From Gemmataceae bacterium (GTDB lineage: Bacteria > Planctomycetota > Planctomycetia > Gemmatales > Gemmataceae), in assembly GCA_045802525.1 (NCBI GenBank), contig JBJMQT010000091.1:11110-75109 (forward strand): DNA of 64,000 nucleotides, given 5' to 3'. Of this stretch, positions 9,382-18,644 are shown piece by piece. Position 1 is the first letter of the stretch; every line of letters begins with the position of its first letter. Below the pieces are notes generated by a model. That model ran no database searches. It was not told the DNA's origin and worked only from the letters and a program-made list of their open reading frames with translations. Made by a program: the position numbers and the translations under genes.

Positions 9382-9750
9382 CTAGCTCGCGGGAGTGCCA
9401 GGATTGGACGTTTCTGCCGTAGCGGCAGGCGGTTCCATTCCAGGAAGGAGGATATTCCTAACCTGAACTTCGGTATAAGGCTGACGATGCCCTTTCAAAC
9501 GGCGATAATTCTTGCGCCGCCGGAAATGCCCGATGTACAGCTTTTCGGTGGGATGGTCGATTACCTCGGTCAAGACCCGCATACCTGCAAGCAAAGGTTG
9601 CCCGATACGGACATCCTCGCCATTTTGGTAGAGCAGCACTTGCTCAAACGCCACTCGAGCGCCCGGTTCCGCGTTGCGATAGTCTACACGCACGCGATCC
9701 CCTTCACTAACCCGGTATTGCCGCGACCCATCGGTAAACACAGCGTACAT
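9382..9750 (-). CDS. rplU: 50S ribosomal protein L21
   Basis: MYAVFTDGSRQYRVSEGDRVRVD...GHFRRRKNYRRLKGHRQPYTEVQV is the canonical L21 pattern. No rpmA follows it. Confidence 0.95.
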   Translation of the reverse strand: MYAVFTDGSRQYRVSEGDRVRVDYRNAEPGARVAFEQVLLYQNGEDVRIGQPLLAGMRVLTEVIDHPTEKLYIGHFRRRKNYRRLKGHRQPYTEVQVRNILLPGMEPPAATAETSNPGTPAS

Positions 9751-9840
9751 TGCTCACTCCGACTTGATGTTTCCAAGGAAAAAGCATTTTTAGCAGGCCG
9801 AAGCCCCGTTGACCAGACCTCTTGTGATGCCGGTCCGCAC

Positions 9841-10380
9841 TTAAGACTCTCCGGAAAGGAGGTCCACTGCGGCACGGAGGCTTCGGTGGCTTTCGAAGAA
9901 TCGCTGAGCCAGGCTGTCTACGAGCGTGAGAAAGGCATAAAGATCGTCCATTCGGCTTAGGCAGTCCTTGGCTTTAGCGCCCAAGCTGTCATCCTCCAAT
10001 TCCTCGCGGCAGCGCCTCAAGGTGTTTACGATGGGATCGATCTCGCGGCGTTTTCGTTGAGCGGCTACCAGCGTGAACATTTCCCAGATGTCGTGCAGCG
10101 ATTCGAAGTACTCACGCCGATCGCCACGCCGATGGACGCGCCGGACCAAACCCCACTCCACCAGTTTACTTAAGTTCATGCTGACATTGCCGCGTGAAAT
10201 CGCTAGGCGCAGCATAATGTCATCCATCGACAAGGCTTCGCCGGTGATAAAGAGAAGCCCATGGATTTGCGCCATGGTAGGGCTGACGCCCCATAGCGAA
10301 CTCATGGTTCGCCAGAGATCGACAAAACGATCTTCGATTTCAACTAGACGTTTCAACGCGTTGGTTTTTCCAACTTTCAC
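9841..10380 (-). CDS. GbsR/MarR-type winged-helix transcriptional regulator
   Basis: 179 aa. The block WGVSPTMAQIHGLLFITGEALSMDDIMLRLAISRGNVSMNLSKLVEWGLVRRV matches the GbsR/MarR wHTH pattern. Confidence 0.7.
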   Translation of the reverse strand: MKVGKTNALKRLVEIEDRFVDLWRTMSSLWGVSPTMAQIHGLLFITGEALSMDDIMLRLAISRGNVSMNLSKLVEWGLVRRVHRRGDRREYFESLHDIWEMFTLVAAQRKRREIDPIVNTLRRCREELEDDSLGAKAKDCLSRMDDLYAFLTLVDSLAQRFFESHRSLRAAVDLLSGES

Positions 10381-10558
10381 TTGTTTTATTTCCTTTAGGA
10401 AAGGCTGAAACCATCGTAAGAGAGCAAGGGGAGGTAATCAAGGCAACAATCGTTTCGGCACAATGGTTTGCCTCCAGTATGCAGAAACCAACGGGCCGCT
10501 AAATCCCTAAGCGCCCATGCGGCTTGACGATCCGCCAAAGGCCGGTAGATTGCCAACT

Positions 10559-11203
10559 ATGGCGCAAGTGCGAATCAAAATCTGCGGAATAACCAATGCA
10601 GCCGACGGTTTAGCGGCGGCTCGATTAGGCGCCGACGCGATCGGCCTTAACTTTTTTCCTGCTTCGCCCCGCTATATTGACCTGGCAAAGGCGCAGGCAA
10701 TTTTGCGAGAATTGCCGCCGTTCTTGGCCGTAGCCGGGGTATTTGTGAACGAACCTCTATCGGATATGGTGGGCAAGGGGAACCAATTAGGCCGTCTTAG
10801 CATAATTCAATGGCACGGAACCAGTCAGGCGCCCGGGAGTTCACATCCCTTTCGCTTAATTTCGGCCTTCTCTGTCAGAGACCGCAGCGACCTCGACCGT
10901 ATCGATAGTTATCTTGATGCGTGCCGGCAGCGTGAAATGGTCCCTGATGCGCTTATGTTCGACGCCTACGACCCGGTTCAATTTGGAGGAACCGGCCACA
11001 TCGCTCCCTGGGGACTGCTCTCGGATTACCGCCCCGGTCTGCCCGTTATTCTGGCTGGCGGATTGACTGCGGACAACGTGGTCGAGGCCATTCGCATCGT
11101 CCAGCCTTACGCAGTGGACGTTGCCACCGGGGTCGAAAGCCGGCCAGGAATTAAAGACCACGGGAAGATCGCCCGCTTTATCGAACGAGTCCGATCCATA
11201 TAA
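10559..11203 (+). CDS. trpF: N-(5'-phosphoribosyl)anthranilate isomerase
   Basis: MAQVRIKICGITN...GADAIGLNFF..SPR... and a C-terminal LAGGLTADNV...DVATGVE are typical TrpF blocks. The track start 10517 is an upstream alternative. Confidence 0.85.
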   Translation: MAQVRIKICGITNAADGLAAARLGADAIGLNFFPASPRYIDLAKAQAILRELPPFLAVAGVFVNEPLSDMVGKGNQLGRLSIIQWHGTSQAPGSSHPFRLISAFSVRDRSDLDRIDSYLDACRQREMVPDALMFDAYDPVQFGGTGHIAPWGLLSDYRPGLPVILAGGLTADNVVEAIRIVQPYAVDVATGVESRPGIKDHGKIARFIERVRSI

Positions 11204-11241
11204 CGATCTCCTCAGGCAAACCCCATGGGGTAGCGCCCTAA

Positions 11242-11281
11242 AACGAATGGCGAGCCCGGTAGAACGAATGGCGAGCCCGGT
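11242..11281. repeat. Tandem duplication: 19-nt AACGAATGGCGAGCCCGGT x2, period 21
   Basis: Exact copies at 11242-11260 and 11263-11281, in the trpF-ahcY spacer. Confidence 0.9.
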
Positions 11282-11338
11282 TGCGTGAGCACCGGGAGTT
11301 GTCCAGCAGACGCGCCTTGGCAAATCGAAACTGGTTAA

Positions 11339-12697
<1,359 letters not shown>

Positions 12698-13177
12698 GGA
12701 CGAGCGATTTACGCAAATCGCGGCAGATATTACGCCGGAGGCGTAAGCGGCCCGGCCTACTTGCCGGCCTGGTCTGCACCAGCGCCCGGTTCGGCCCGCT
12801 CTCGAACAATAGACCGAACCACCATGAGGACTTTACCGAGCTTATTCTGCCCGCTCCCGTCGGTGCCGCAGCCCCAATAATAATCGCCAGCATTCTCCAC
12901 GGTTAAATCTCGTTCCTGTAATGACAAAGCCCTTCGACGTTCTCGCCGAAAGGCTTGTCTCGAAGAATAGTCGCGGCGACTAGACGCCGTTAGAACTTTT
13001 CTGATCGGGTTACGCGATTGGGAGGCCCGATTGCGGCGCGTTCTCGATAAGGAACCAGCTGGCGACCATCCGTAGCGCTCAGCTACGCTGACGGGGCCGC
13101 CTCCAATGCTCTTGAAGCCCGAAAAATCAGGATGGTGGCCCCGGCCGGTTTCAGCCGTTGGTTATGCCCTGGCCTTT

Positions 13178-13996
13178 CTACGGCTCCAGACGAATGACTT
13201 TTCCGGGATGACCGAAGCTGGACGCGCAGTGCTGGATACGAATCTGCTGTTCGGCTGTCATTCCGATCGTCTGCCCATGCTTGAGCACGGGGCCATTCTC
13301 CAGCAAATAGTACATGATGTTGAGTAACCACTCCCGCAACTCGCCAGGCTCCATGTCGATGCTGGGGATTTCCATCTCCATGTGCCCGAGGCATGCTAGG
13401 CCCGTCGTAAACAAACCCGTAGTGCCATCCTTATTCCGCCACGCCCTGAGATCGACCCACAGATAAAGGGGCGGCGCTTCGGGCGAGATGATTTTCTCCG
13501 CCATGTCAACAAAGACAGGCGGGGACAGGATAAGGGCAGCCTCCCCCCAGTACACAGCCATCACGCCGGTTTGCTTGGCAGCCAGTGCCGTAACGGCAGT
13601 TAAGATCAGCCGACGCCGCACGGGATCGGCAGCACCCCCCGTCATCGTAATGAGTAGGTGCGATCGATGCTTCTTGACGTTTTCGATTGGCGGCCGGGGG
13701 GGCCACATCCAAGTGGTGGCGAGGGGACCTTCCAGGTCATTCGCTGGATACGGGACTGGCATCACGGCCAACGCGAAAAACTCATCGCCGACATCGAAAC
13801 TGAACACCCCGCCATCGCCGCGTTGGATGTTTGAAACGGATTTCCCCGCTATCTTCTTCCTTGCCGCTTCCTTCAGAAAAGCATCGACAGGGAATGATTC
13901 TCCCTCCAGCAATAGCACACTGATGATGGGCGAGCCAGTTCCCAGCTTGCCCTTCTTGAATGAGTCAGCCCGTTTCTTCTTGAAAAAACCGAACAT
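13178..13996 (-). CDS. Hypothetical protein (DUF4261-like by recollection)
   Basis: 272-aa clean ORF starting MFGFFKKKRADSF. The family assignment comes from memory only. Confidence 0.5.
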   Translation of the reverse strand: MFGFFKKKRADSFKKGKLGTGSPIISVLLLEGESFPVDAFLKEAARKKIAGKSVSNIQRGDGGVFSFDVGDEFFALAVMPVPYPANDLEGPLATTWMWPPRPPIENVKKHRSHLLITMTGGAADPVRRRLILTAVTALAAKQTGVMAVYWGEAALILSPPVFVDMAEKIISPEAPPLYLWVDLRAWRNKDGTTGLFTTGLACLGHMEMEIPSIDMEPGELREWLLNIMYYLLENGPVLKHGQTIGMTAEQQIRIQHCASSFGHPGKVIRLEP

Positions 13997-14330
13997 ATCA
14001 TCCTCGCGTCGGGCCAGATCACGGTAGAGTTAGTGCATAATAACTGGTGATTATGTTATAAGACCTCGTGGATAATAGTGGGCCCGCAAAAGCTCTTGAA
14101 TGACTGACTGCTCATTCATCAGCAACATGGGGAAATACGGTCGCGCGAGCAGGTTTCGTTTTCGATGCCGCCGGAGGGACAGCGGCGGCTGGTTGCGTCG
14201 GCGCCAGATAGCTATGCCAGAGCCAGACGCCGGCACGCGCTCGGCGAGCTGCTCGGGTCGAAACAGTTGGAAGTCTTGGCACGAAGGAATGGATGCAGGG
14301 GCGTTCATGGGCATCTTCATTTCAAGGATC

Positions 14331-14436
14331 GTTTCTGTGCAATAATTGGCGTTTCTGTGCAAAAAGCGTCATTTCTGTGCAACCAGAGAGGTGTGTGGTT
14401 TGCACAGCAATTTGCACGCAAACGGCACAACAGAAA
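14331..14436. repeat. Iteron/operator-like array of the motif TTTCTGTGCAA
   Basis: Three exact direct copies at 14332-14342, 14352-14362 and 14372-14382, with an exact 20-bp period. Inverted degenerate copies follow: TTGCACAGCAA at 14400-14410 (10/11), TTGCACGCAAA at 14412-14422 (9/11), and GGCACAACAGAAA at 14424-14436. Confidence 0.85.
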
Positions 14437-14710
14437 GAAATTGTAAGCGGGGCGGGTGGTGGGGTTCAAACTCGGTACGAGCAACTGCGCGTGTCGGCGC
14501 CAGCCTGGACGCTCCGCGTCGCGTGACCGTCCCCGCCTTGCGCTCTTTCGGTCGCTTTAAGTGTCATTGATCAAAGGCGGCCAACGTCGGACCAAGGCGG
14601 CCAACACGTTGGCCGCCTTTGTTTGGCTGCCTAGGACGCTCCTTGAGGCGCTCTCGTTCCACAGTGCAAAAAGAGATGTGCTTGAGACGTCTGTTGAGCT
14701 GAGTCTTTAG

Positions 14711-14785
14711 TCGGGGCAAGAGGATTTCGATCCTCCGACCTCTTGATCTGAATCTAAGCGCTCTATCAGGATGAGATTTGACGCG
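14711..14785 (-). pseudogene. Decayed tRNA-Pro-like sequence (tRNA pseudogene or integration scar)
   Basis: Hand alignment to the tRNA-Pro at 15084-15157 gives about three-quarters identity over about 66 nt. The shared blocks are TCGGGGC, AGGATT, TCTTG and AAGCGCTCT. The 3' acceptor ...TGCCCCGA is retained, but the 5' acceptor strand does not pair, the D-stem has a mismatch and the T-loop is 6 nt. Confidence 0.5.
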
Positions 14786-14793
14786 GCTTATTA

Positions 14794-15051
14794 TTACGGT
14801 TTGAAGCCGATCTTCTCGCGAACGGCCTCCGGCAGGCGTTCAAGGATTCGACCGTGCTCGTTCAGGACACGGATGATTTCCGCCATCTGGCCTTCAATGC
14901 GAGCAAACCGCTCCGTGCTTTCCCGGTCCAGTTTCAAACGCAGGCGCTCCGATTCGGCCAGTTGCGTGACAAACGCGGCTTGATTGTTAATGAGCGTGGC
15001 GATGGCTTGTTCGAGATCGCTATGGCCATTCTCGGCTGTTTTTTTAGTCAC
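14794..15051 (-). CDS. Small coiled-coil hypothetical protein
   Basis: The N-terminus of track ORF 14794..15129 reads through the tRNA-Pro gene, so that part is spurious. An internal GTG at 15049-15051 gives an 85-aa helical protein ending ...RILERLPEAVREKIGFKP. The RBS is weak. Confidence 0.4.
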   Translation of the reverse strand: MTKKTAENGHSDLEQAIATLINNQAAFVTQLAESERLRLKLDRESTERFARIEGQMAEIIRVLNEHGRILERLPEAVREKIGFKP

Positions 15052-15083
15052 GGTCGCCGTTTCCAAACGAAAACGAAAGTTAT

Positions 15084-15157
15084 TCGGGGCGACAGGATTC
15101 GAACCTGCGACTTCTTGGTCCCAAACCAAGCGCTCTGCCAGGCTGAGCTACGCCCCG
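15084..15157 (-). tRNA. tRNA-Pro (anticodon TGG)
   Basis: The reverse complement CGGGGCGTAGCTCAGCCTGGCAGAGCGCTTGGTTTGGGACCAAGAAGTCGCAGGTTCGAATCCTGTCGCCCCGA folds as a canonical cloverleaf. It has a 7-bp acceptor stem, a GCTC/GAGC D-stem, a CTTGG/CCAAG anticodon stem with loop TTTGGGA, and a TTCGAAT T-loop. CCA is not encoded. Confidence 0.95.
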
Positions 15158-15214
15158 ATATTGGCATGTGTAGCCTAGCGGAATCGCTGCGCGACGGCAA
15201 TTGTGAGTGGGTGG

Positions 15215-15381
15215 CAGGGAGACAGGGAGACAAGGAGACAGGGAGACAAGGAGACAAGGAGACAAGGAGACCTCAGCCTGGATTGTCTCCTTGTCTCCCT
15301 ATCTCCTTGTCTCCCTGTCTCAGCATTTTTGTGTCTTCGTGAGCTGTCTCCCTGTCTCCTTGTCTTCTTGTCTCCTTGTCT
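15215..15381. repeat. Octamer microsatellite arranged as a long palindrome plus a duplicated arm
   Basis: (GGAGACAR)x7 at 15215-15270, a 12-nt spacer CTCAGCCTGGAT, then (TGTCTCCY)x5 at 15283-15320 followed by AGCAT. A second (TGTCTYCY)x5 + AGCAT block lies at 15344-15386. The array lies between the 5' end of tRNA-Pro and the parB stop. Confidence 0.9.
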
Positions 15382-15417
15382 CAGCATCTCAGTTTCTTCC
15401 TGATCTCACTCCCGCCT

Positions 15418-16278
15418 CTACCTCCGCAGGGCCTCCAGCAGGCGTTCGAAGTCGTCATTGGAACTGAACGTGAGAATGATTTGGCCTTTGTCCTCGGCGC
15501 GCAAACGAATTTCGACGCGCGTCGCTAACTTTTGCCTTAGTTCCTCTTCGATTCCTAAGATGTGAGCGGTCTTTTCGATGGATTCCTTTTCAGTCCCGTT
15601 GGAATTTGAAGCCGGCGGTTCCTGGTTAAGGGGTTGCTTAATCAGTGACTCGGTGGCGTGGACCGACAGGCCGCGCGCGATAATCTCATGGCAGAGGCGC
15701 ACCTGGCGCTCGGGATCCGCCAAGCCTTTGAGGAGCTTGGCATGCCCGGTGCTTACTTGCTGACGACGCACGGCATCTTGCACTTGGCCGGGCAGGTCGA
15801 GCAAGCCCACCAAATTGGTAATGGTCGTGCGCGCCAGGCCCAGGCGCACGGCCAATTGCTCGTGGGTTAATCCGAAGAGGTCCAAGTGTTCCTTGAAGCC
15901 TTGGGCCTTTTCAATGGGGTTGAGGTCGGCGCGCTGAATGTTTTCGACAAGCGCCGCCTCCAGCACTTGCTGATCATTGAAATCGACAACGTGGACGGGT
16001 ACAGAATCCAAACCGGCCGCCCGTGCCGCCCGCAGGCGGCGCTCGCCGGCGATCAATTGGAAATGGCCGTCCACCCGGCGAACGACCAGCGGCTGCAGGA
16101 CGCCATGGGCCCTGATGCTATCGCTCAATGACGCTAATTCTTCCTCATCAAAAGAGCGGCGCGGCTGATAAGGGTTGTGGTCGATTTGCTGGAGAGGGAT
16201 TTGGCTTTGATTCTCCGGTTCGGCCGGCATGCTGAGTAGGGCATCGAGGCCTCTTCCCAGGCGGTTCTTCTTTTCCAT
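15418..16278 (-). CDS. parB: Chromosome partitioning protein ParB/Spo0J
   Basis: 286 aa with RLGRGLDALL, IDHNPYQPRR, GVLQPLVVR, LIAGERRLRAA and ENIQRADLNPIE, which are the canonical ParB boxes and HTH. No parA is adjacent. Confidence 0.9.
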   Translation of the reverse strand: MEKKNRLGRGLDALLSMPAEPENQSQIPLQQIDHNPYQPRRSFDEEELASLSDSIRAHGVLQPLVVRRVDGHFQLIAGERRLRAARAAGLDSVPVHVVDFNDQQVLEAALVENIQRADLNPIEKAQGFKEHLDLFGLTHEQLAVRLGLARTTITNLVGLLDLPGQVQDAVRRQQVSTGHAKLLKGLADPERQVRLCHEIIARGLSVHATESLIKQPLNQEPPASNSNGTEKESIEKTAHILGIEEELRQKLATRVEIRLRAEDKGQIILTFSSNDDFERLLEALRR

Positions 16279-16395
16279 GGGGTTGCATCCTGCGTTTTTC
16301 TTATAGAACGCGGTCCATCAGAGATGAACGGGATTCTAACATTGAGACGAGCTGACGAACAAGCCAGGGTTAAGCCGGGCAAGCTCCGCGCAGAT

Positions 16396-16411
16396 TGTTC
16401 CATGTGGAACG
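16396..16411. promoter_or_regulatory. parS-like palindrome TGTTCCATGTGGAACG
   Basis: The 14-bp core GTTCCATGTGGAAC is a perfect palindrome. It resembles the canonical parS TGTTNCACGTGAAACA and lies 118 nt upstream of the parB start. Confidence 0.6.
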
Positions 16412-16453
16412 GCCTGGACGATTGGACGGATAATGCGCATGGCCGCAGTGACG

Positions 16454-16469
16454 CGTTCCACGTGGAACG
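16454..16469. promoter_or_regulatory. parS-like palindrome CGTTCCACGTGGAACG
   Basis: Perfect 16-bp palindrome with the CACGTG centre characteristic of parS. It lies 58 nt from the first copy. Confidence 0.65.
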
Positions 16470-16484
16470 TGCCGAGGAGACCGG

Positions 16485-18644
16485 TTACCGGGGCATCTTC
16501 AAAGGAACTAGCCGGCTGTACGACTCGTCGGGCTTAGCGTCCGGCATGCGGTCCGGATCGGCGCCCAAAGTGAAAGAAGGATTGAGCAACAGCTCCGTGG
16601 CATCTTTATCTTCCTGCCGGCGGTGAGCGAAGTTGATGCGGACCTTGGACCAGTCGGCAAAGAGTTTTCGCCCAATGGCGACCTCGACGCACCAAGCTCC
16701 GCGCTCGGAGGCCACGGCTGATTTCCAGCGCGAGTCCGCTAATTCGTCGAAGTCGTCATCGCTGGCATAGCGAACGTTTGCCGGGGAGACAATGAAAGTG
16801 CGCGAGCGTTTACCGTCGGACAATAGGATCCGCACATGCTCATTGAAGAGCAGCAGCCGGCTGCCTTCCACGTCCTTGGCCGCCATTTTTGTAAGGACTT
16901 TGGAATCGGGGTCATCAAGCCGGAAGGCGATATAGAACCATTCATCATCCGTTCCTGCCCAGACCGTATCGCCTCGGCCGCCCCTGGGCGGCAATCCCAG
17001 AAGACACTGGCCCGCGCCTTTCCAGCAGGACTCATCCAGTTTGCCGTTCACTTTGATGGCTGCGTCCACCCGGTGCACTTCTAACTGCTCGGGCCCGGAC
17101 AGAACCCAAGGCGTGGCTTCAACGGTTCGATTGCGGAACTTGCCCTCATCGAAAACAATTGCCAGAGCGGGATTCGAGTTAACCGGCCCTGCGGCGACCT
17201 CTGCTTGCAACGGGATCTCCAAGGCCTGGCCAGGTTCAATCTTGAAAGGCGTCTCTTCCTGCTTCAGCTTCCAACCCTTAGCAGGCTTCCAGATAAACCG
17301 GCCACTAAGTGGGCCGCTGAACCGGGTCGGCGTCTTTATGACTTGATCGATTACCGTCACATCGTTTCTCAGTAAGCGAATTGGTTCGGCGCTGGTCAAC
17401 GCCTGGCGAAGGAAATGCCGAAATTGCTCCATTTCGAAAGAACAGAACTCTTCAGGCTCGGTCGGATCCTTGGTAAGGACATAGTGGTCAATTTCCTTGC
17501 CAGCAATGTCTGTCGCGACAATGGTCACCTTATCTCCGTCGAAATCAAAGAGGGTGAAATGATGGGCCGACTTCTCCTTGGCGACATAGTCCCGGGCGAC
17601 CGAGCGGTACAGGCTCGCCCCCCCGCCGGCGCTGGTCAAAAAGAGAACGCCGGCTTGCGGCTTTTCCCGAACATATCCCATGCGATAGTTGCGCGCATAA
17701 AAGTGATCGTGGCCCGTAAGGACGGCGTCGATATGGCTCGTGGGATCGACTAGCAGAGGCGCCCAATCCCAGCGCAGGGCATTGATGGGCCGAGTGGCAT
17801 GGGCGCTGAACAAGGGATGGTGAAAGATGACAAAGGTCCAAGTCGCGTCGCGCTCTTGCTTAAAATGTTCCTGCGCCCAATGGTACTGCTGTGAATCCCG
17901 CCCCTTGGCAATCCAGGCGTTGCTGTCCAGGCATACGAGATGGGCATTGGCGTAATCGAGTCCGAAATAGTGCTCATTGCCGGGAAGCGCCATGTACGAG
18001 AAATAGTTTTCCGAGTCGCGTTCGTGGTTGCCGATCGTGCTCACCCAGGGCACTGAGTGGGCGATCGGTTCCAGCGGCTCGAAGAACTCACGACGCCAAC
18101 TCTCATGATTGCGGCCGTTGGTAACGATGTCGCCGGTGTGCACAATGAGGTCGACGTTTGCTTTAGCGATCTGCTCGACGACTTTGCGATGGATTGCGGA
18201 ATTTGTTCGTGAGTCGCCATAGAGCGCCATCCGCCAACGCTTGGTGCCGGCGGGAGGCGCGGTTCGGAAACTGTATACGTCCGACTTTAGGTCGCCGCTT
18301 ACGGCGCGGTAGAAGTAAGTCGTTCCCGGCATCAACTCCTTTAGCCTTAGTTCATGAAGCTTCGCCCGGCCTTCAACCACCTCTTCACTGCCCAGCTCCT
18401 TGGTCAGTCCATATTCGACTCGGCTCGGCAAGCGGCGGTCGGTTTCCCACATGATGGTCATGCCGGTTGTCGTGGGCAATTGGAGATAAGGCAACACCAG
18501 AAACGAGGGCTCATCGCCTGTCGGGTCGTCCGGCAAGGAATGGCCGAGGGCCAGGCTAAGGGTTCCCACGACCAACAGGAGTAGTGGCAGGCCGGACTTG
18601 GTTGTCCGCGAGGAACAACGGAACCGCAATCTAGGGGCAGGCAT
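16485..18644 (-). CDS. Secreted metallophosphoesterase, purple-acid-phosphatase-like, with a C-terminal extension
   Basis: 719 aa with a signal peptide. The metallophosphoesterase motifs are GDSRTN, HTGDIV, GNHE, FHHP and GHDHFY. The C-terminal extension is about 300 aa and beta-rich. Confidence 0.85.
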   Translation of the reverse strand: MPAPRLRFRCSSRTTKSGLPLLLLVVGTLSLALGHSLPDDPTGDEPSFLVLPYLQLPTTTGMTIMWETDRRLPSRVEYGLTKELGSEEVVEGRAKLHELRLKELMPGTTYFYRAVSGDLKSDVYSFRTAPPAGTKRWRMALYGDSRTNSAIHRKVVEQIAKANVDLIVHTGDIVTNGRNHESWRREFFEPLEPIAHSVPWVSTIGNHERDSENYFSYMALPGNEHYFGLDYANAHLVCLDSNAWIAKGRDSQQYHWAQEHFKQERDATWTFVIFHHPLFSAHATRPINALRWDWAPLLVDPTSHIDAVLTGHDHFYARNYRMGYVREKPQAGVLFLTSAGGGASLYRSVARDYVAKEKSAHHFTLFDFDGDKVTIVATDIAGKEIDHYVLTKDPTEPEEFCSFEMEQFRHFLRQALTSAEPIRLLRNDVTVIDQVIKTPTRFSGPLSGRFIWKPAKGWKLKQEETPFKIEPGQALEIPLQAEVAAGPVNSNPALAIVFDEGKFRNRTVEATPWVLSGPEQLEVHRVDAAIKVNGKLDESCWKGAGQCLLGLPPRGGRGDTVWAGTDDEWFYIAFRLDDPDSKVLTKMAAKDVEGSRLLLFNEHVRILLSDGKRSRTFIVSPANVRYASDDDFDELADSRWKSAVASERGAWCVEVAIGRKLFADWSKVRINFAHRRQEDKDATELLLNPSFTLGADPDRMPDAKPDESYSRLVPLKMPR

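Noticed and set aside
12918-13080. A short ORF MTKPFDVLAERLVSKNSRGD followed by in-frame TAG and further open stretches (TPLELF...). I considered it a small conserved planctomycete gene or pseudogene.
   Set aside because: It has only 20 codons before the stop, no RBS, and I have only a vague recollection of similar peptides. This is not enough evidence to call it.
14711-14785. The tRNA-like sequence has TCA at the anticodon position. Given the candidate selenoprotein in the window, I considered it as tRNA-Sec (selC).
   Set aside because: - Bacterial tRNA-Sec is about 90+ nt with an 8-bp acceptor stem, a long variable arm and A37.
- This element is about 75 nt with a 5-nt variable loop and an unpaired 5' acceptor strand.
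- It also has a mismatched anticodon stem and G at position 37.
- It is clearly a diverged tRNA-Pro copy.
15175-15467. Several 60-86-aa ORFs on both strands (GDKETRRQGD..., LSPCLLVSLSPCL...), and the possibility of a CRISPR array.
   Set aside because: - The ORFs are direct translations of the 8-nt GGAGACAR/TGTCTCCY microsatellite in all frames.
- The period (8 nt, no unique spacers) is incompatible with CRISPR.
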